A stretch of DNA of 64,000 nucleotides, taken from assembly GCA_001938485.1 (NCBI GenBank), contig MQRK01250243.1, forward strand, positions 1 to 64,000. Reading direction: 5' to 3'. Below the pieces are notes generated by a model, which searched no databases, was not told where the DNA came from, and saw only the letters and a list, made by a program, of their open reading frames with translations. The translations under genes and the position numbers were made by a program. Shown here piece by piece: positions 1-11,325 of this stretch. Numbering within the stretch: position 1 is the stretch's first letter; every line of letters starts with the position of its first letter. This stretch comes from Girardia tigrina (taxonomy: Eukaryota).

Positions 1-1122
1 ATAATTAATAAGATAAATAGGGTAAACAAGATTTATTTAACCCCATAATTAAAACAAAAATACATAATATTGATTTTAAACTACAATTGATTTTAACACA
101 AATTCTTATACTTAACATACATATTTTTCTAATGTACTAAAATACTGTATTTAAATACTTTAATTTACCTCAACTCTACTTTATAAATTGTTTAAACCTT
201 CCTACTTTATCAATTATCAATACTGTAAAAAAACAGGTGGGTCGTAAGAATATTTTGCAATCGAATGCGGCGAAAAAGTTGGCGGTAGGTATATAATGGT
301 AGGTATGAAAAGCTGGAAATCGAATAAATCTTTTGACATAAAAATTTTCTTAAATAATATTTTTAACAATAAATCATTTTTTAAAAAAAAGAATTATATT
401 TGAACTCAGAGGAAGAATCTTTTTATATCAGAAAAAAATCTTACCGCTAACCAAAAACTCCATATCGCCAACTAGTGGGTGGTATGGATCAGGTTGACTT
501 TCACTGTTCAAAATTTTTTAGTAATTTCAAAAATAAAATTTTCAATGGAAGTAAGATAAGAACTATATTTTGAGTAGTTTCTGTACGACCTGATTTATCA
601 GGATATGGTTCTAAACTGAAAAAGCTTTAAATTTTCAAAATTTCATGATTGAGCAGACACATTTATGTTTTTTTTCATTGTTAATTTGTTAAGATCTCTG
701 TATTGAAATAAATGAGTGTTAAATTTATATAGTTTTTTCATTAAATTTATTCCAAAAACAAAGTGGTTTAATCATTTCAAAATCTTCGGTGTAATAAAAT
801 AGGGTGATTAACTGCTTTTTATATAGTTGATGAAATTTCATCATACATATATTAAAACAAAAATATGCTTTTAATGTCCGTTACTTTACCCATTTAGGAC
901 ATTATATATTTTTAATGCTATGGCAACAATCCGAAAATATTTAGGATCATATTAAAATTTTTTATTACCATCACTTTTAATATGGGTCAAAATCGAGGTT
1001 TTCCTTCTTGATTGAGTTTGTTCAGTAATTTTAGTACGTGAATGACGACTTGAATCTCCAATGTATATGAATTCCTTCGTGTAAATAAAATAATTTGATA
1101 ATATACTTTATGATTTTATTAA

Positions 1123-1356
1123 CCCTTCGTAACATGGTGTGACACTTCTGTTACAAACCGTTGTAACTCTTACAGGATCTCTAACTATTAACATATCACA
1201 TTTTAAATCACTGTTGCATATCTATTACACACCGATCTATACAACATCGGTGATTTATTAGTACCTACAGGTGACGTTGGTGGTAGGATGATGAATTTGA
1301 CAGTTCTCTCTATTACATTGTGTGGAGTTTTTTTTAAGATATTGAGTTACGAAGGG
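1123..1356. mobile_element. piggyBac-type MITE
   Basis: 11-bp TIR CCCTTCGTAAC/GTTACGAAGGG flanked by TTAA on both sides (1119-1122, 1357-1360); no coding capacity. Confidence 0.85.
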
Positions 1357-2125
1357 TTAAGATGCTTTTGATTAAATTCATTTTAGAAGTCTAATAGGAA
1401 GTTTATCAACTAAAACAACAGTAGACTCTTTGTATCATATCTTTAATCATATTTTTGATATGCTTAGAATAAATCAAAACTATTTGAACAACTATATGTA
1501 CAGTGATTACATTGTTTTCAATATACTACCGCCTGATATTTATTTTTATCACCAATAAAAACGTCCTAAAACGATAATTAATTGAGTTTTGCGCATTTTG
1601 AAAGTAAATTTGAAATCGAGATGAAGATCATTTACAACATCTATTGCAAATACGAAACATTATCTTCACTTATAAAAAGTGGCATCAAATTATGTCGAAT
1701 AAAATGGAAGTCACTAAAGGTATCAGAGAGAAACCCGTAGATATTCCATAATTTCGCATAAATCATTCTTTTCTAAAAATAAATGATACATTTTAGTACT
1801 AATTTCAAGTTACACTATTAATGCTTTATTACTCACTAAGTTAATGAAAACTTGTAAATATTTTTATCATAACTGATACTGTCTATCTTGATATTTAACT
1901 AGCAAATCAAAAAATTAATTTTTATATCCATTCTTTATGCAGACCGAACTCTACTTTACCAACAAAGTTTTTAAAATTTAAAAAATTTTACATTTAAAAA
2001 ATTTTAATTAAAAAGACAATAAAAATTAATATAAACTACTTATAATTTATAAGTCTTACAATTATTCTGGAAATCCGAATTTTCTGTTTTTTTTCTATTT
2101 TGGGATCTTAAAAAGTTTTTCTTGA

Positions 2126-3679
2126 TCAAATTTTCACATATTCATTTATTGTCATCGAGAATGAGTAAGTGTACAAAGTTTGAAGAAAATCGTGACAAAA
2201 TTTTAAGTTGAAATATGTAAAGATATCCTGGGATATACACTGAATGCTCAATGCTATGGTAGCTGTATAGAGCATCTTTGACTTGTGTTGGAGATTAATA
2301 TCTATAAGCCAGAGTTCTTTGGTTCCATGGTTATAAACTTGTAAATCAACCCGACTTCCCGACACAGACCAATCACACTCTCGATTCATGATGATTTTTA
2401 AAATTGGTTTCTCTGCAAGTAAAGCATCTGTGACGATTTCTGCGATTGCATTATGTCTCGCCTGTATCAGAGTGCTGTTGGGTTTACATCAACATAGAAC
2501 ATGGATCTGTGTTTCTATATCTTGGCTACATGCTCTGCACATCGATTGTTGTCTTGATTTTTTCGGCTTTTAATTGGTTGGTAAACTATTAGTCCTTGCG
2601 CTGAGTAAAAGGTGCCATTCCTCGATGGATAGTGACTCATTGTATAGTACTTTGGAGCTGAAGTTGTGTTCTATCAATGAGATGGCCGATATTCCAGCCA
2701 TCATTTGTTTGCTCTATTTGTCAAATTTCATTTTGTTATAGATTCTGTGCAAGTGGAAAGTTATATTGTCAATTGAATGTTCACTTAGTATCATGGAATC
2801 ATTGTATATGTGAACTTTTAAACAAATACTTCGTAGCCAAATGCCTTTCAGGTATTTGATTGAATTCCGAATCTTGGTCTACCAAGATTTAAATCCATTC
2901 TCTTTGTCACTGGTGTTGATCCAGTTTAGGCAATAGTGTCCATTCTTTTTTTAGTACCGTGATATCTGTCTATGGTGTTAAATAAATTGATAAATGTGAG
3001 ATGACGCGATGTTTCGTCAGAGCGCACCATGTTCCTGTACGCTTGAATTATAGATTATAGAATTGAATTATAGAAATTTTATGTCTCTGAATCTTTTCTA
3101 AAGTTTTAATTGCGGAATCGGTAATTACTATTTTTTTAGCCATTAAGATGCTGGCAACTGCAGCAGATTGTTTTTTAATGTGTTCATGTATCAGTTCGAA
3201 AGCGAGTTTAAAATTATTTCTGCTGACATGATCTGCTGCAAGAATTGGTGGTAGAAAGAATAGTGGCTTAGTCAAGTCAGATGCGGCCGGTGTAAGAAAA
3301 ATGAGGTTATCGCTATCATGACCTGAATAATCCTCCTTCTGGTTAACTATAGATGTTTCGACGGTCTCCGAAGATTCATATAATATTGCGTCATTAGAAA
3401 ATAAAATGTTATTTTCATTATTTTCAGAGTTATTATTTTTATCGTTAAAGTTTTCAATATTTTTAGCATTATTTTGTATAGTTATACGCAGCTCATTAGA
3501 GACTACACGGCCCTCCCCAAATATTTCGGATTCTGTCGAGCTGACACCCGAAGGGTTTCCACGACGAAAATTATTTTGTTCATTTTTTTAAAAGAGAATT
3601 AATTTCAGTTGATTTAAAGAACTAGTTAATTTTTTTCATAATTTTTTTGTTATTTTCTTATTTATTTTTACTAAATTAT
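2126..3679 (-). pseudogene. 3' part of an RLE-class (R2/NeSL/R4-like) non-LTR retrotransposon, RT deleted
   Basis: Minus strand reads CRACSQDIETQIHVLC*C..ARHNAIAE (CCHC knuckle + RHN), then RVDLQVYNHGTKELWLID (PD..D-like RLE); stops and frameshifts present. Confidence 0.75.
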
Positions 3680-3760
3680 TATTGCTATATGTGGGCCGCC
3701 TATCTCTTTCAATGCTATTGAGCCTAAGGCTCTTTAGAGGGTCCACCCAAACTAAAGTCC

Positions 3761-6700
3761 TTAAGGGCCCCCCGATAGGCCTCTTACGGGGTCAGTGGTC
3801 TTCCGCCTCTGAGTAGTCGTTTTGCCAGTTATAAACGACCAGCCATGGAACTTGTTACCATGGCCATATATACCTCTGGTTGTTACAGTGGACGCGTAAC
3901 AGCCGAGACATGGGCACTTGAACTCTCCTCTTGCTGTCGAGTAGTCGGCTGGCAGTCGGTATTGTAGGTGCGGCTCTTCTTTGGTATCGTCATTTGTCTG
4001 TATCCTCGCCATACTCACAGTTGCGTCCGGTAACTGAGATTTGGATTGGTTTGATGTCGGCTCTTCCTCGTTCTCTCTTTTCAAGTTCTCTTCTCTCTGA
4101 GCGTTGGATGTTGGCGGTTCTTGGTGATTCTTCTGAATTGACATACATTGGGCTTTCAAATCCAATAGATATCTCATCCATCCTGATTCTTTCAGCTTTT
4201 GATATCGACAGAGTTCAGCGAGTGCACAGATTGTGAAATGCTTTCAGCTTTTTCACGTGTGCTTCGTTTGTTCTCCAGTTTTCACAGCTGTAGTAAACCA
4301 CCGGGAATACACAGCTGTTAATTATGTTCTTCTTGTTCCGGAGAAACAGCTTGTTGTTCTTCAACACTGGTCTGATCGTTCGTAGTTTCGCTGTTCCTTT
4401 CTGAATCCTGACCTTGATGTCCGTACCTGAGTTCTCTCTACACTCAATTATCGATCCCAGGTAGCAGAATTCGTTCATCCATTCAATTCCTGCATTCAAC
4501 TTGTCCCTTGTCGTAATGTATTTTGCTCCATTCACATATTCGTGAACGCAGTGTTGAGAAACGTGAGATTTCTTTCGATGCTTCCAAAGTCCTCGTCCAG
4601 TAAGCACAGGTCGTTTGCATAAACAAGCCTGTTCACGGTCAGCTCTTCACCATTGTAGTTCAGTTTCACACCACCTGATAGTCCCTCTTTGATTGCGGTC
4701 TTAATTGCATGATCAAAGACAAGGTTGAATAATAGAGGTCCTAAAACGCAACCTTGGCGGACTCCTTTGTCCATTCTGAACTTATCCTTTCCTATGCTGC
4801 CCGTGAAACCTTCATGAAACTTCATGATAATGCTCAGCATCCGATCCTGTATTCCAATTCCTTGAAGGCAGTCCCAGAGAACTTTCCTGGGTACTCTGTC
4901 GAATGCCTTTTCAAGGTCGATAAAGATATCAAAAATATTTATATTTCGGTATCTGGCCTCTTCTTGTATCTTTCGTATGATACCTATTGCATGCGCCGTG
5001 CTTCTATTTGGTCTGAAACCAAATTGCCAGTCGTCCAGTATCCTTTCAAGATGTGGCATTAATCTATTTGCAATGATTCTGGCCATGATCTTTCCTCCAA
5101 CATCAAGTAGGAATATTCCTCTATAATTGTTTAGTTCCTTCTTGGACCCCTTTCCTTTGTATAGGATCACCACCTTCGCCGTTTACCAAGCCTCCAGGAA
5201 TTTCGCTCTTCCCTCTCATATGTCCACGAAACATTGAAGGATCTTTTCAGTTAACTAGAGACCGCCCCACTTATATAGCTCTGGAATAGGGTAGCCAGAT
5301 GTCCGGTTTTGAACCGGACAGTCCGTTAATTCAACTGGCTGTTCGGTTTAAAAATTATAAAAACCGGACTTACATTTGACGGTATTTCTCTAGAAGCTTA
5401 TTTCCAAAATCTTCAAATATGAGGTATTCGTATTTTTTTATTTTTTTGGTCGCTCAAAGTTTTGAAGGACAAATAAACATTCCTAAATGGTAATTTTTTT
5501 TATCGTAGTGGTCTATGGAAAAATTTATTTTAGTTTAATACGAAATACAAAATATTAAAGTATTAATTCAAAGTTTTCTGCTGGTGATAAAGGGATAAAT
5601 TAAATAATAAATTTTGTGGTATTTAGAGTTTGAACTATTAAGTGAAAAATTTAATATTAAATTTGTTTAAATAATAAATTTTGTCCGGTATTCTTCGAAG
5701 TTTCAACTGGCAACCCTACTCTGGAATGATACAGTTGTTTCCAGCAGCTGTACCGTTCTTCAGTTGCCTAATAGCGGTACTTACTTCTTCTACGTCCGGT
5801 GAGTAATCGATGTCTAGTGTTTGGCTCTGTTCGATATCCACGATACAATCTCTTTCGCTCTTCTTGAATAGATGTGAGAAGCGCTCTGCTAACACTTCGT
5901 CCTTCACACTGCGCTGCACAATACATAGGGAGGATTCCTTCGTTTCACTATTGCAGAGGACTCTGAGTTCCATGTATAACTCAAAGGTCTGGCTCATACA
6001 TTTTCTATTGAGAATACCTTCTATTTCTTGTCCGATTGTTTCAATCCTCTCTCTTTTTCACTTCCTTAGATGCCGCAAGGTGTTCAATCTTGAAGCCTTC
6101 CATATTGAATATGTCCTTTCATATCTATTCTGAATGTACTCCTTCCTCCGTTTCCCTTTCTCCTGCAGTAGTGGTTTCAGTTCTTCTAAGTGCCCGTGTA
6201 TCCATCTTTGATTGAGTGGGATTTACTTCTTTCGGTATCTTTCCGTGGTCTTTAAGATGATCTCTTCCAAGTCATCCTAATTCTCGACATTCGGACAAAC
6301 CTGCCTTATGTCACTACTGATTGCCACTTTGTTGTTCTGCAAGGAGAACCTGTCAATTTTCCCTTTACATTTCTTCTTTCTATCGTTTGCCAACTTGAGT
6401 ATTTTATTGTTGTTGGCGATCCATATCGTTAACACGACTAAATCATGGTCTGAGCCGCAGTTAAAATTTGGATAACTTTTGACGTTACTTATTCTGTTGC
6501 ATCTGCTCTTTTGCGACAGGAATAAGTCCAATAATAGCCTTTTCTTCGTTGCTGGGTGTGTCCAGCTAGTTTGCTGCGCCAACTTGTGTTTGTAGAAAGT
6601 GTTCTCTACTCGTAAGTTGCACGCGTCGGCCAGATCTATTAATAGACCTCCGTTTTCTGATGTTACTGTTTAACTAGTATAACACCCAAATGTTTTACCA

Positions 6701-7206
6701 TTTTCCTCCGTCCGATTAAGTTGAAGTTGATAGATGAAGTCACCTCCAACTATCACTTCGAATTTTCTCTTCTCAGTTTCAGCCGTCGCCCTTTCAACAT
6801 GTTCCTGCAATGATGCAAGGAACTCCTCCTTTTCCTCACTTGAGTATCCGCTTTCTGTCGGAACGTATACCCCACCAATGTGATCGACCTTTGGTGTATG
6901 TGACAGAGGAAAACTATCTCGCTGATCGCTTCGAATCCGATATTCATAGAATCTTTTGATTTTACCATCATGGCTACGCTTCTTTCTCTTGTGCTACTTG
7001 TTCTGCGACTATGATGGATCCTCCACTCCCCGAAAGAGGTAATATCGGTTCCAATCCAGTGCGTCTCTGTGAGTATGCACATATCGATTTTAAGTTTTTC
7101 AAAGATACTGGAGATGTTAAGTATCTTTTCGTCGGTCAAGCCTCTAACATTCCAAGTTCCAATCCTCAGTCCACTGCAAGTGGAATCCTTAACGAGGGAT
7201 CCCCTC
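3761..7206 (-). pseudogene. RTE APE-RT ORF, fragmented, with a C-terminal CxxxxC..H...H finger
   Basis: Collinear ORF pieces 6753-7280, 6277-6582, 5716-5997, 4532-5173, 4215-4607, 3761-4177. Confidence 0.85.
5287..5718. mobile_element. hAT MITE (Blackjack/Tip100-like ends) nested in the RTE LINE
   Basis: TIR TAGGGT(A/T)GCCAG; perfect 8-bp TSD CTCTGGAA at 5279-5286 and 5719-5726. Confidence 0.92.
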
Positions 7207-7219
7207 GGCATATCCTCGT

Positions 7220-7380
7220 AACAGTGAATTACAAAACAGCGAATTACAAAACAGCGAATCTCAAAACAGCGAATCATCAAAACAGCGAGTCATCAAAACA
7301 GCGATTCATCAAAACAGCGAATTATCAAAACAGCGAATCATCAAAACAGCGAATCCTCAAAACAGCGAATCTCATAACAG
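7220..7380 (+). repeat. Tandem array of 15-16 bp units (left MULE TIR)
   Basis: Repeated AAAACAGCGAAT core. Confidence 0.95.
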
Positions 7381-7660
7381 AGATGTACTATCCAAATAGA
7401 AAAAAAGTTAATTAGATATAAAATTTTATTTTAAGGAAATTCCAACTTTAAATACTTTGTCAAAATGCAATTGGTGTGTTTAAACTGAAAGAAATTCCAC
7501 GAATAAACTCCTGCACACCATCATCAAAACGCTGTTGTAATTTTGAAATACGTTCACTTATTGAATTATACTTTTTATTTTTGTTTGTTAATAACTTGCC
7601 CAGCATTAATTTGTGCCATCAATGTTTCTGTAAATCCTTGTTCCTTTCTTATACATGATA

Positions 7661-8014
7661 TTAAATCATAAATATTGGGGTGAAAGCTGGAAATATAGCG
7701 GAAGCTGAAGTATTACCAGAAATTTCAGCTGCCGCATCAGAATGTATAATCGGAATACTGCGCGCTTCTGTTTTTGCCTGTTGCTTCATCTTAGAAATAG
7801 TAGACTTTACGATACCGATTTCTGGTGTTGGTGGATGGGAATGCCCTTGTTTTTCAATTGGATGACAGTTATCAATATCTGACCAAAGTCTTCCTTTGCA
7901 ACCGATGGTACGACATCGCCAAATTTTTCTAATTGAGGTGACTGTATCTACACGGTAGGAATATCCTCCATAATTGCATGCTTCAGAACCTTTTTGAGTT
8001 GTTGATATTTCCAT
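7661..8014 (-). CDS. FLYWCH zinc-finger N-terminus of a MULE transposase (DDE core deleted)
   Basis: GYSYR...IWRC....CKGRL...HSHPP motif. Confidence 0.75.
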   Translation of the reverse strand: MEISTTQKGSEACNYGGYSYRVDTVTSIRKIWRCRTIGCKGRLWSDIDNCHPIEKQGHSHPPTPEIGIVKSTISKMKQQAKTEARSIPIIHSDAAAEISGNTSASAIFPAFTPIFMI

Positions 8015-8294
8015 TTAGTTTTTTCACAAGCAAAACTTAAAAATAATGTTATGAAAAAATCGAAAATTAAAACAACCTTTAAATTTTATTATTAATAAAA
8101 TATATTTAAAAAATTATATCTTAAAAATATCTTATTAATATAAATATTCTCTTATTTAAATGACAAAAATCTCATTTTAAAATAAAAAATATCTTAATAT
8201 AAAAAATCTTATTAATATATCTTAAAAATATCTTATTAATACAAATATTCTCCAATTTAAATGAAAAAAATCTCATTTTAAAATGAAAAATTTC

Positions 8295-8557
8295 ATTCGC
8301 TGTTTTGTGGAATTCGCTGTTTTGATGATTCGCTGTTTTGATGAATCGCTGTTTTGGAATTCGCTGTTTTGAGAATGCGCTGTTTTGTAATTCGCTGTTT
8401 TGATGATTCGCTGTTTTGATGATTCGCTGTTTTGATGAATCGCTGTTTTGTAATTCGCTGTTTTGAGAATGCGCTGTTTTGTAATTCGCTGTTTTGATGA
8501 TTCGCTGTTTTGACATTCGCTGTTTTGGGATTCGCTGTTATGTAATTCGCTGTTTTC
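8295..8557 (-). repeat. Tandem array of 15-16 bp units (right MULE TIR)
   Basis: Repeated ATTCGCTGTTTT, the reverse complement of the left array. Confidence 0.95.
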
Positions 8558-8672
8558 GGGTATAACCTCCCCCTCTCGGGAGCTTAATGACTTCGGGTCC
8601 TGCCAAACCCCTAGTTGGAGTTTTGAAAGCTGTGTACTAGCGAAAGACAGAGTTGCTAGTCCCGTCGATCCA

Positions 8673-8784
8673 TCCACTCATTTAGCCTAGATCAAGGGGA
8701 ACCCTATCTATTTCTAGAAAGGGGAGGAGACTCTCTTTCTAGTTCCCAGGATACACCACGGGGAGGCCAGCGACTTTGTATTGC
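8673..8784 (-). ncRNA. Candidate HDV-like self-cleaving ribozyme at the RTE 5' end
   Basis: P3/L3 GCC-UCCCCGU-GGU, P1' GUAUCCU, P1.1 GG, GAA, P4 CUAGA..UCUAG, J4/2 GCUAAAU, P2 UCGCU/AGUGG. Confidence 0.7.
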
Positions 8785-8791
8785 TATCTGT

Positions 8792-9780
8792 AATTAACTT
8801 ATCACCTTTATTTTCATCTTTATTGATAACTTTTCCTTGATTGTTTTGAACGTAATTAGAATTTGAAAAATTAATTTTTCTTTTTTGCTTCTTTTTTACG
8901 TTCTCCCAACCATTATCTTCTTCAATTGAGTTATTTATTATAAAATCATTTAAAAGTAATTCAAAAATTTTGTTTTTCAATATAGAAAATAAAGAATTAT
9001 AATTACTTTCATCAAGTTCAATTAATTAATTTTTATTAAATTCTATATTATATTAAGTTTTAAAGAATTTACTTGATATAAAATTCATAAATATTTCGAG
9101 AAAAAATTCATCGAAAATCTTTTCAAAATTTCTTTTATTTTTTCTACTAAAATTTTTTTTATTCAATTCAATCCATTAGTTAATTTTTCATTTATAAGAT
9201 ATTTATTATCAATATTATTTGTTAAAAAATTATTTACAAAATTTATATCAGCATTATTGTTTTCGATGAATTTATTCGTGAATTTATTAAAGATATTTTT
9301 ATTAATAAATTCGATAAATAATTGAAGAAACTTATCGTCAATTAATTCAGATAGAATATTACTTTTATCTATAGAAAAATTTACATTAAAGTTATAAAAA
9401 GTTTCATCCAAATCATTGGTATTATTATTAGTTAATATATTTATTGATTTTTTAACCAAATTATCGATACTTCTCTCAATCGATTCGGTAACTTTTCCTT
9501 CATCAATCTTCGGCAGATGGGTGTCATTGAATTCGCTTCGTGACGCTGATCCTGGATTAGTATTTTTTTCTTTAATGCTTTATTTTTCTTCATTTCAATT
9601 TTAGTTGATTTTTCGATAATTAATTTCACACTTTTCTCGATCAATTCAGCCACTTTTTCTGCATTAATCGGCGGCGGAGGAGTATCATTGGATGTGGCTC
9701 GTCGCGTTGATTCCGAATCAGTTATTTTTTCGATAAACTCCAAGAATTGGAATTTTTTCAATCATCTGGTCGGCATTAAT
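8792..9780 (-). pseudogene. 5' N/K-rich ORF part of the RLE non-LTR element split by the RTE LINE
   Basis: ORF pieces 9441-9761, 9163-9459, 8714-8980; frame ..KLITDSN continues as NNLVKINKK across the RTE TSD. Confidence 0.55.
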
Positions 9781-10665
9781 CGATTGGATAATTATATTTA
9801 ATAATTTTTCAATAATTAAATTTAGTGTCATTAAATTTGGCTAGTCTAAGATAGACGGTGATATATTTAACACTTTTTCTAACATTTCATTAGTGAAAGG
9901 TGAGAGAAAAGTGAGTAAAAAACCTTCAAAAACAGGTTTCTAAATTTCATGGATGCATTATATATATATATATATATATATATAAAGAAGATAATAAAAA
10001 GCATGGAAAAAATAAGTCCGGCAAAGTATGAAAAGATTATCGCTGAATCATCATTAATAAAACTGCCTAGAATTTGTAAAAAAATGTATGGCTTCTTTTT
10101 TTATTGTGTATTTATGTGTGTTTAACTAATTGAAATTAATAATCAAAATCTAATTAAATTAACATTTATTTAGCCAGAAGTTCTTCGTGGAAGACTCAAC
10201 AAATATGGATTAGTCTCATAACAATGTTGCAAATGATATGGATTGCTGGGAATTTATTGTAGGCATTAAAGATACATTGAATTTTTAGAATTATTTTAGA
10301 AGTTGTTGTTTATTCAAATATGTATGATTAGTTTACTTTGATTATTGAAAACGCCAATTACATTTTATCAATGTTCGATTATTGCTTTCCTTTAAAACTT
10401 ATTCTAATGATATTTTATTTTATTGACTTCGTTTTTATGGCTTGATTTATTAATATAATCTTCAATAGTTTGGTGTTTAAATTCAAGTTTTTATTATTGT
10501 AAGGATAAATAATGTATATTAATATTTATATGCCTAATATTATCATTTATATATTGTTAGAATTGATGGGTACTCCATCATCAAAACCAATCGAAGCCAT
10601 ATAAAAACTAATTTAGCCTCGAAAAATTTATTTACACGAAAAATTCCACTTTCTACGCACTGAAG

Positions 10666-11325
10666 CTAAAAAATTAATTCTACCTGTTGGCCAAGATTGA
10701 TTTGCTTTTTGAGTTTATTGATTTCAGCGGTCAGGAGCGCGATCTCGGTGGCGTAGGATCCGGAATTTGAAATTGTCTCACTCGAATAGATCGCAAGTGG
10801 AACTTTGATATTCAACAGATCATCGGCTAAATATGCCAATTTCGTCAGCGAGAGTGCTTTTTGGATATTCAGGAGTCTTTGGACATCGGTCGGCATTGCA
10901 CGAAAAAATGCGGTCCGCAAAATATTGTCATCGCTGCTTGTGGTGCCCAGGCAACGGTAGTGTCGCTGCAGGATTCTCAGATATTCTGAGGGGCGGCGGT
11001 CGCCAAGATTGTTGTTGCTGAATATTTCATCGAAATGGACTGAGACTGGAACTTTGCGACTGGTGATAATCGCATACCGAAGATCAGAGAACGGTGTTGC
11101 GGAATTTGATTCGAAGAATTCTTGGAACTCCGTTAATATCTGAGGAGACAGATTCGCAGTAAGATGCAAAAATTTAGTCTGTTCCGTGGAGATGTTGGAA
11201 ATTCGGAATATCACATCGATTTGCTTGAACCAGAGCTCAATATTGTCGAAGATTGGAGGAATTTTTGGGCTTGCGTGGTTGCACTCAAGCGAACCACTTC
11301 TGACACCATTGTAATCTTCTTGCAT
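10666..11325 (-). CDS. Stand-alone Gypsy-type gag capsid protein, 219 aa
   Basis: LWFKQIDVIF..TKF..L..LGDRRPSEYLR..LRTAFFRAMPTDVQRLL..LAYLAD is a Gypsy gag signature; ORF intact; no pol, LTR or PBS seen nearby. Confidence 0.75.
   Translation of the reverse strand: MQEDYNGVRSGSLECNHASPKIPPIFDNIELWFKQIDVIFRISNISTEQTKFLHLTANLSPQILTEFQEFFESNSATPFSDLRYAIITSRKVPVSVHFDEIFSNNNLGDRRPSEYLRILQRHYRCLGTTSSDDNILRTAFFRAMPTDVQRLLNIQKALSLTKLAYLADDLLNIKVPLAIYSSETISNSGSYATEIALLTAEINKLKKQINLGQQVELIF

Larger units (their letters stand above)
7207..8567 (-). mobile_element. Non-autonomous Phantom-type Mutator (MULE) with foldback TIRs, nested in the RTE 5' region
   Basis: Inverted arrays of a 15-16 bp unit AAAACAGCGAAT(CATC/TAC) at both ends; FLYWCH ORF inside; imperfect TSD TCCCC(C)TC. 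Confidence 0.8.
3693..8778 (-). mobile_element. Near full-length RTE-clade LINE, degenerate
   Basis: APE (GTWNVRGL, ETHW, SDH) and RT (YRGIFLL, DLEKAFD, GVRQG, YAND) in broken frames; 13-bp TSD TATTGCTAT(A/C)TGT at 3680-3692 and 8779-8791. Confidence 0.9.

Noticed and set aside
234-507. Possible pogo-like MITE remnant
   Set aside because: TIR pair and TSD not resolvable
1610-1720. Possible exon NRDEDHLQHLLQIRNIIF..
   Set aside because: No acceptor, partner exon or recognisable family
3005-3025. Minus-strand CTGACGAAAC motif
   Set aside because: The core halves overlap with no stem II, and it lies in RLE coding sequence
7220-8557. CRISPR-like arrays and ORFs 7011-7415, 8172-8516, 8273-8677
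   Set aside because: Units are contiguous with no unique spacers; these are MULE TIRs and the ORFs are repeat artefacts
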